The notes below the pieces were generated by a model. It did not search any database. It was not told the DNA's origin and saw nothing but the letters and a program-made list of their open reading frames with translations. DNA of 51,434 nt, taken from positions 1-51,434 of the forward strand of contig JAJQEM010000035.1 of the NCBI GenBank assembly GCA_021201635.1. The letters are read 5' to 3'. Below, piece by piece: positions 46,830 to 51,434 of this stretch (positions are counted from its first letter, which is position 1; each line of letters opens with the position of its first letter). Both the position numbers and the translations under genes were made by a program. The stretch comes from Clostridiales bacterium. GTDB taxonomy: Bacteria > Bacillota > Clostridia > Oscillospirales > Oscillospiraceae.

Positions 46830-47822
46830 TCACACATACCCGTACAGTCCCCGGACCGACACCTCTCCCGAGGTGACCGTCTCTTCCCGACCGTCCGGGT
46901 GCCGGATGACCAGGCCGAACCGGTCGTCGATGCCCACCGCCTGAGCGACGGTCTCCCCGTCCGGGCGGATGAGCCGGACCTCCCGGCCCAGGGTGATGCA
47001 GTCCCGGCGGTACCGCTCCAGATAGGGCTGCCGCCGTCCCGCCAGCCAGTCCAGATAGGTGCGGTCCAGGGCGTTGAGCAGACAGGCCGCCAGCCGTCCC
47101 CGGGAGACGGGGCGCCCCACCGCCTGGGCGATGGAGCCTGCGATGGCCTGGAGCTCCTCCGGCCAGTCCTCCGCCCGCTGATTCACGTTGACCCCGATGC
47201 CGGGGATGACGTACTGGAGCGCCCCGCTCTCCCCCTCGATGGACATCTCCGTCAGGATGCCGCAGACCTTGTGGTCGTTCATGATGATGTCGTTCGTCCA
47301 CTTAATCTGGGGCCGCAGTCCGGTGGCCTCCTGGATGCCGTCGCACACCGCCACCGCCACATAGGCGGTCAGGTCCACCGCCTCCGCCGGGGCCACGTCC
47401 GGCCGGAGCAGGGCGGAGAAATAGATGCCCTTCCCGGAGGGTGAGGAAAAGCTCCGCCCCCGGCGGCCCCGGCCTCCGGTCTGTTCATCCGCTATGACCG
47501 CTGAGCCGTCCGGGAGGCCGTTCTGCGCCTCCCGTTTCAGGTAGTTGTTGGTGGAGTCAATGCTCCGGAACACCTCCAGATGTCGGGCGATGCGCTCCGT
47601 GTGGAGGAAGGGCTGTATCTCCCCCTCGGTGAGCAGGTCGGGGGCGGCGGACAGGCGATAGCCCCGGTTGGTGGCGGAGTCGATGGTATACCCCTCCCGG
47701 CGCAGGCCGTCGATGGCCTTCCACACCGCCGCCCGGCTGACGCCCAGCCGACGGCTCATCTCCTCCCCGGAGAGGTAGCCCTCGCTCTCCCGGAGCAGGG
47801 CCAAAATCTTCTGCTTGCTCAT
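46830..47822 (-). CDS. birA: Bifunctional biotin ligase/repressor BirA
   Basis: N-terminal HTH SGEEMS..LGVSRAAVWK, DSTN, QTGGRGRRGR, KWTND, KVCGIL, GIGVN. Confidence 0.95.
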   Translation of the reverse strand: MSKQKILALLRESEGYLSGEEMSRRLGVSRAAVWKAIDGLRREGYTIDSATNRGYRLSAAPDLLTEGEIQPFLHTERIARHLEVFRSIDSTNNYLKREAQNGLPDGSAVIADEQTGGRGRRGRSFSSPSGKGIYFSALLRPDVAPAEAVDLTAYVAVAVCDGIQEATGLRPQIKWTNDIIMNDHKVCGILTEMSIEGESGALQYVIPGIGVNVNQRAEDWPEELQAIAGSIAQAVGRPVSRGRLAACLLNALDRTYLDWLAGRRQPYLERYRRDCITLGREVRLIRPDGETVAQAVGIDDRFGLVIRHPDGREETVTSGEVSVRGLYGYV

Positions 47823-47942
47823 GCTGCCCGTCCTTTCCCGCCCCTGGGGGCGGTCTTTGATGAGGGCATTATACCACGATTCGGGGGGCGGGGCAATCAA
47901 TTGAAGCGTCTCTCGCCTCTGCTGCAAAGAGGGAGGGGCAAA

Positions 47943-47979
47943 AGGGAGCGTTGCAGTCTTTCGTTCTGCAACGCTCCCT
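47943..47979. terminator. Hairpin downstream of the flavin reductase gene
   Basis: AGGGAGCGTTGCAG / CTGCAACGCTCCCT. Confidence 0.65.
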
Positions 47980-48051
47980 ATCATTTATCTCAGATGACAA
48001 ATACTCCATATATGCAGCATAACCAGGACGTCGGCTCATGGAACATCACAG

Positions 48052-48615
48052 TTATTTCAGCCGCAAACCATCCTGAAAGGCGTTGCCGACACGCTCTGTT
48101 ACCCGGTAATATCCGTGGGTGTATGGGTCAAAAGCGATGGCGGAAACCTTTGAAATATCCACCTTGTCGCCATCCAGGACGGATTCATCTGCCGTTGTGT
48201 TCACGACCTTGCCAATGACGCCGCAGCCATATTCGCCATCCTGATAGGTGATAAATTCACATTCCATGCAGAGCGGAAATTCGGTGATAATGGGAGCGTC
48301 TACATGGTCTGACCGCTGAGCAGTCAGACCGCTTTTCGCAAATTTGTCCGGTGTGTTGTTGCCGGATACCACGCCGAAATAATCCGCCTCTACCATATGT
48401 GCAGCGTCCGCAATGCTGACGGTAAACGCCTTTCTCGCCTTGATATTTTTCACCGTTTTGTGTGTCTCGGTCAGGTTGAGGATTACCTGATTTCGGGACA
48501 GCATGGTTCCCCATGCGGCATTCATGACGTTGACGCTCCCGTCCTCGTTATAGGTTGCGACCATCAGCACAGGCATCGGAAAAATTGATTCGGTGGCTTT
48601 TATATCCTTTCTCAT
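48052..48615 (-). CDS. Flavin reductase / flavoredoxin family protein
   Basis: PMPVLMVAT, NAAWG, ADYFGVVSG, AP.I.EFPLCMEC. Confidence 0.85.
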   Translation of the reverse strand: MRKDIKATESIFPMPVLMVATYNEDGSVNVMNAAWGTMLSRNQVILNLTETHKTVKNIKARKAFTVSIADAAHMVEADYFGVVSGNNTPDKFAKSGLTAQRSDHVDAPIITEFPLCMECEFITYQDGEYGCGVIGKVVNTTADESVLDGDKVDISKVSAIAFDPYTHGYYRVTERVGNAFQDGLRLK

Positions 48616-48683
48616 GGAAACGGACCTCCTGTTTTGATTGCCTTTCGGCTGTACATATGCTATCATAGCGTCAGTTCAAAGGC

Positions 48684-48710
48684 AAGTACCCACATTTTTG
48701 TTAGGTACTT
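48684..48710. promoter_or_regulatory. Probable HxlR-family operator
   Basis: AAGTACC-N13-GGTACTT between divergent genes. Confidence 0.55.
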
Positions 48711-48730
48711 ACATGGAGGTAAGCGCTGGA

Positions 48731-49066
48731 ATGAAGAACATAGAAACAGCGAATTTTGAGGATACCGGCTACAGCTACACCCTGTCCCTCATTTCCGGGA
48801 AATACAAGCCCATTATTCTCTACTGCCTGATGGAATATGAGCCGGTACGGTTCAATCAAATGCGGCGTTATCTGAAAAATGTAGCGGATAAAACCTTGAG
48901 CATGAATCTCAAGGAGTTGGAAGCGGATGGGTTGATTCAGCGGCACGAGTATCCGCAAATCCCTCCCAAGGTGGAGTACTCTCTCACACAGAGGGGACAC
49001 TCTTTAGTCAACGTATTGGACAAGCTGTGCGACTGGGGCAACGAAAACCGGATAGAAAAAGGATAG
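48731..49066 (+). CDS. HxlR family transcriptional regulator
   Basis: ISGKYK..IL, RFN, LKELEADGLI, PPKVEYSLT. Confidence 0.9.
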   Translation: MKNIETANFEDTGYSYTLSLISGKYKPIILYCLMEYEPVRFNQMRRYLKNVADKTLSMNLKELEADGLIQRHEYPQIPPKVEYSLTQRGHSLVNVLDKLCDWGNENRIEKG

Positions 49067-49102
49067 GGGCAGTTCCCGCTGGCACGTTTGTGTCGTGCTA
49101 CC

Positions 49103-49804
49103 TCAAGCCTCCGCCGCAATGAAGCGATAGCCCACGCCCCGGACCGTCTTGATGAACCGGCTGTTCCCGGCGTCGTCCCCCAGCTTTTGCCGGAGGGTGC
49201 CCACGTGGATGTCCAGGGTACGGCTCTCCCCCAGGGCGTCGGTGCCCCAGACTCCGTCCAGCAGCTCCTGACGGCTGACGCTCTGGTCGGGCCGCTCCAT
49301 GAGGTACTGGAGCAGGGCGAACTCCTTCAGAGTCAGCTCTACGATCTGGCCGTCCACGCACACTTCATGGCGGCTGGGGGACAGCTCGATGCCGTCAAAC
49401 ACCAGGTCGCCCTGCCGTCTGCCCCGGTTGCCCCCCGCCCGGCGGAGAAGGGCCCGCACCCGGGCGCACAGCTCCATGACGCTGAAGGGCTTGGTGATGT
49501 AATCGTCCGCTCCGGCGTCCAGGCCGCTGATTTTGTCCTCCTCCATGCCCCGGGCGGTCAGGAGGATGACCGCCACCTGCCGCAGCCGGGGGGCCGCCCG
49601 CATGAGCCGCACCGCCTCCAGGCCGGAGAGGCCCTCCATCATAATGTCCATGAGCACCAGGGCGGGGGGCTCCTCCTTCATGTTCTCCAGCGCCTCCAGG
49701 GCGTTGGGGAATCCGGAGACCTCATACCCCTGACTGGTCAGTGCGAACTCCAGCAGTCGGCGGATGCTCTCGTCGTCCTCCACCACAAAAATACGCTCTT
49801 TCAC
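49103..49804 (-). CDS. OmpR/PhoB family response regulator
   Basis: VEDD, MDIMM, LTA, GADDYITKPF, RTLDIH, TVRGVGY; no adjacent kinase. Confidence 0.92.
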   Translation of the reverse strand: MKERIFVVEDDESIRRLLEFALTSQGYEVSGFPNALEALENMKEEPPALVLMDIMMEGLSGLEAVRLMRAAPRLRQVAVILLTARGMEEDKISGLDAGADDYITKPFSVMELCARVRALLRRAGGNRGRRQGDLVFDGIELSPSRHEVCVDGQIVELTLKEFALLQYLMERPDQSVSRQELLDGVWGTDALGESRTLDIHVGTLRQKLGDDAGNSRFIKTVRGVGYRFIAAEA

Positions 49805-49914
49805 GTTTTTCCCTCCGTTTACTTCTGTCTTACACGATTGATTATAGAAAACCATCCCCCTCGCCGCTATCAACTCTGTGCAAAGTTTGTGTTAGATTTT
49901 TGAAAAATCGGCAG

Positions 49915-49948
49915 GAGCAGACAACGCAATGGCACGTTGTCTGCTCCC
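49915..49948. terminator. Hairpin downstream of the dehydrogenase
   Basis: GGAGCAGACAACG / CGTTGTCTGCTCC. Confidence 0.6.
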
Positions 49949-49976
49949 GCTCGGTTTTGAAGTGAAGTTGTCCGCC

Positions 49977-50954
49977 TCACAGCAGCGTCCGATAGACCCC
50001 GGTCTCCAGCACGGAGCAAATGCCCTCCACGCCGCACCGGACCATGTTGGCCACCGCCGCATCCGTATAGAACGCCATGTGCTGGGTCATGACCACGTTG
50101 GGGAACTGCCGGAGATAGGCCATGGAGCTGTTGCAGATGATCTCGTCCCGGTGGTTCTGATGGTAAATGCCCTCCTCGTACTCGAAGCAGTCCAGCCCCA
50201 GGCCGCCGATCTTCTTCTGCTCGATGCCGGCGATGAGGGCATCCGTGTCCATGAGGGGACCCCGGGCGCAGTTGATGAGGATGACCCCGCCCTTCATCCG
50301 GGCGATGGCGTCGCCGTCGATCATGTGATAGGTCTGCTCGCTCAGGTTCAGGTGGACGGTGATGATGTCGCTCTCCCGGTAGAGGGTGTCCAGGTCTGTG
50401 TAGGTGAGCCAGCGGGACGCCGGGCCGGGATGGCAGTCATAGCCCAGCATCCGACAGCCGAAGCCGGAGAGATTTTGGGCCACCTGGGCGCCGATCCGCC
50501 CGGTGCCCACAACGCCCACTGTCAGATTGCGCAGCTCCCGGCCGTAAAGCCCCTGGAGGGAGTAGTCGTTCACCTGCATCCGCCACAGGGCCGCCTTGTA
50601 ATGCCGCAGGCAGAGGAGCATGAGCATGACGGTGTACTCCGCCACCCCGTTGGGGTCGTAGTACGCATTGCACACGGGCAGGCCGATTTTCTTCGCATGG
50701 GCCAAGTCGATGTGGTCGTACCCCACCGTGCGGGTGGTCAGACAGCGAACCCCCAGCTGCCGGTAGGCGTCCAGCAGGGCCGCATCGATTTTCCCCTGAC
50801 CGAGGATCGTCACCCCGTCGCACCCTGCCGCCAGCTCGGCATTTTCCAAAGTCGGCACCTGCTCCGTCAGAGACAGCTCCACCCCAAGCTGCCGGGCGCA
50901 GCGGTCAAAATGCGCCCTCTCATCGTCTCTGACCTCATAGGCAAATATTTTCAT
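49977..50954 (-). CDS. D-2-hydroxyacid (D-lactate-like) dehydrogenase
   Basis: RTVGYDHID, GTGRIG, INCARG, HMAFYT. Confidence 0.9.
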   Translation of the reverse strand: MKIFAYEVRDDERAHFDRCARQLGVELSLTEQVPTLENAELAAGCDGVTILGQGKIDAALLDAYRQLGVRCLTTRTVGYDHIDLAHAKKIGLPVCNAYYDPNGVAEYTVMLMLLCLRHYKAALWRMQVNDYSLQGLYGRELRNLTVGVVGTGRIGAQVAQNLSGFGCRMLGYDCHPGPASRWLTYTDLDTLYRESDIITVHLNLSEQTYHMIDGDAIARMKGGVILINCARGPLMDTDALIAGIEQKKIGGLGLDCFEYEEGIYHQNHRDEIICNSSMAYLRQFPNVVMTQHMAFYTDAAVANMVRCGVEGICSVLETGVYRTLL

Positions 50955-51005
50955 ACCGGCACCTCCCAAATCATCTGGTTGCATGATAGCCCCAACTGTG
51001 CTATT

Positions 51006-51031
51006 CTGAATGTAACACAGATGACATTCAG
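51006..51031. promoter_or_regulatory. Crp/Fnr-type operator
   Basis: CTGAATGT-N10-ACATTCAG containing TGTAA-N6-TGACA. Confidence 0.55.
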
Positions 51032-51043
51032 GAGGGAAATCGA

Positions 51044-51434
51044 ATGGAGATCAAGTTTTCAGCTGAGGAGATGGACGTTCTCGCCCGGTGGGGCTATTTG
51101 CGCCATTTTACCCGGAACGAACCTATCTACCTGGAGGGGGATGTGGCCAGCACCCTGTGCTTCATCCGGGAGGGCCGGGTGCGTATTATGCTGGGCACTC
51201 CGGAGGGGGAGGAGCTGACCCTGGAGATCGTGGAAAAGGGGCGGCTGTTCGGGGAGTCCTCCTTTCTCAGCAAAAGCCTGCGGCCCACCACCGTCACGGC
51301 GGTGACAGAGGTCGAGCTGATCTGCTGCACCATCGGCCAGCTCATCCCCTGTCTCTGCCAGAATCCGGACATTCTGACCAAAGTGTTACAGCACTGCTCC
51401 GAGACCATGAACCACCTGTCTTACTCCCTCCACT
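51044..51434 (+). CDS. Crp/Fnr family regulator (runs off the window end)
   Basis: Manual translation MEIKFSAEE..IYLEGD..FIREGRVRI..GEELTLEIV..LFGE; GGAGG RBS. Confidence 0.85.
   Translation, partial: MEIKFSAEEMDVLARWGYLRHFTRNEPIYLEGDVASTLCFIREGRVRIMLGTPEGEELTLEIVEKGRLFGESSFLSKSLRPTTVTAVTEVELICCTIGQLIPCLCQNPDILTKVLQHCSETMNHLSYSLH

Overview
High-GC chromosomal window, probably from a clostridial (Oscillospiraceae-like) bacterium; the taxon is inferred from gene content and repeat style. In order it holds: (1) a minus-strand LRR / VWA-metallopeptidase-like / MoxR-type AAA / MFS operon. (2) A compact ~9.5 kb phage head-tail operon (5878-15414) encoding TerS-like, PBSX-type TerL, SPP1-type portal, scaffold, capsid, connectors, tail tube, chaperone, tape measure and Dit-like proteins. 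It has no integrase, repressor, replication, lysis or tail-fibre genes, looks host-like in composition, and has host palindromic repeats inside it. This is the best candidate for an undescribed system: a domesticated, gene-transfer-agent-like particle. (3) suhB, tRNA-Leu(GAG) and a hairpin-flanked SWIM gene. (4) An anaerobic purine/pyrimidine catabolism island (short ygfK, Moco genes, hyuA, ssnA, two PLP enzymes, ygeY, ygeW, arcC, NCS2 permease) with three G6-run frameshifts. (5) Housekeeping genes (thioesterase, yigZ, hflX, rpmE, addAB, secG, birA) and small regulator/enzyme pairs. All calls come from reading motifs by eye; no database searches were run.
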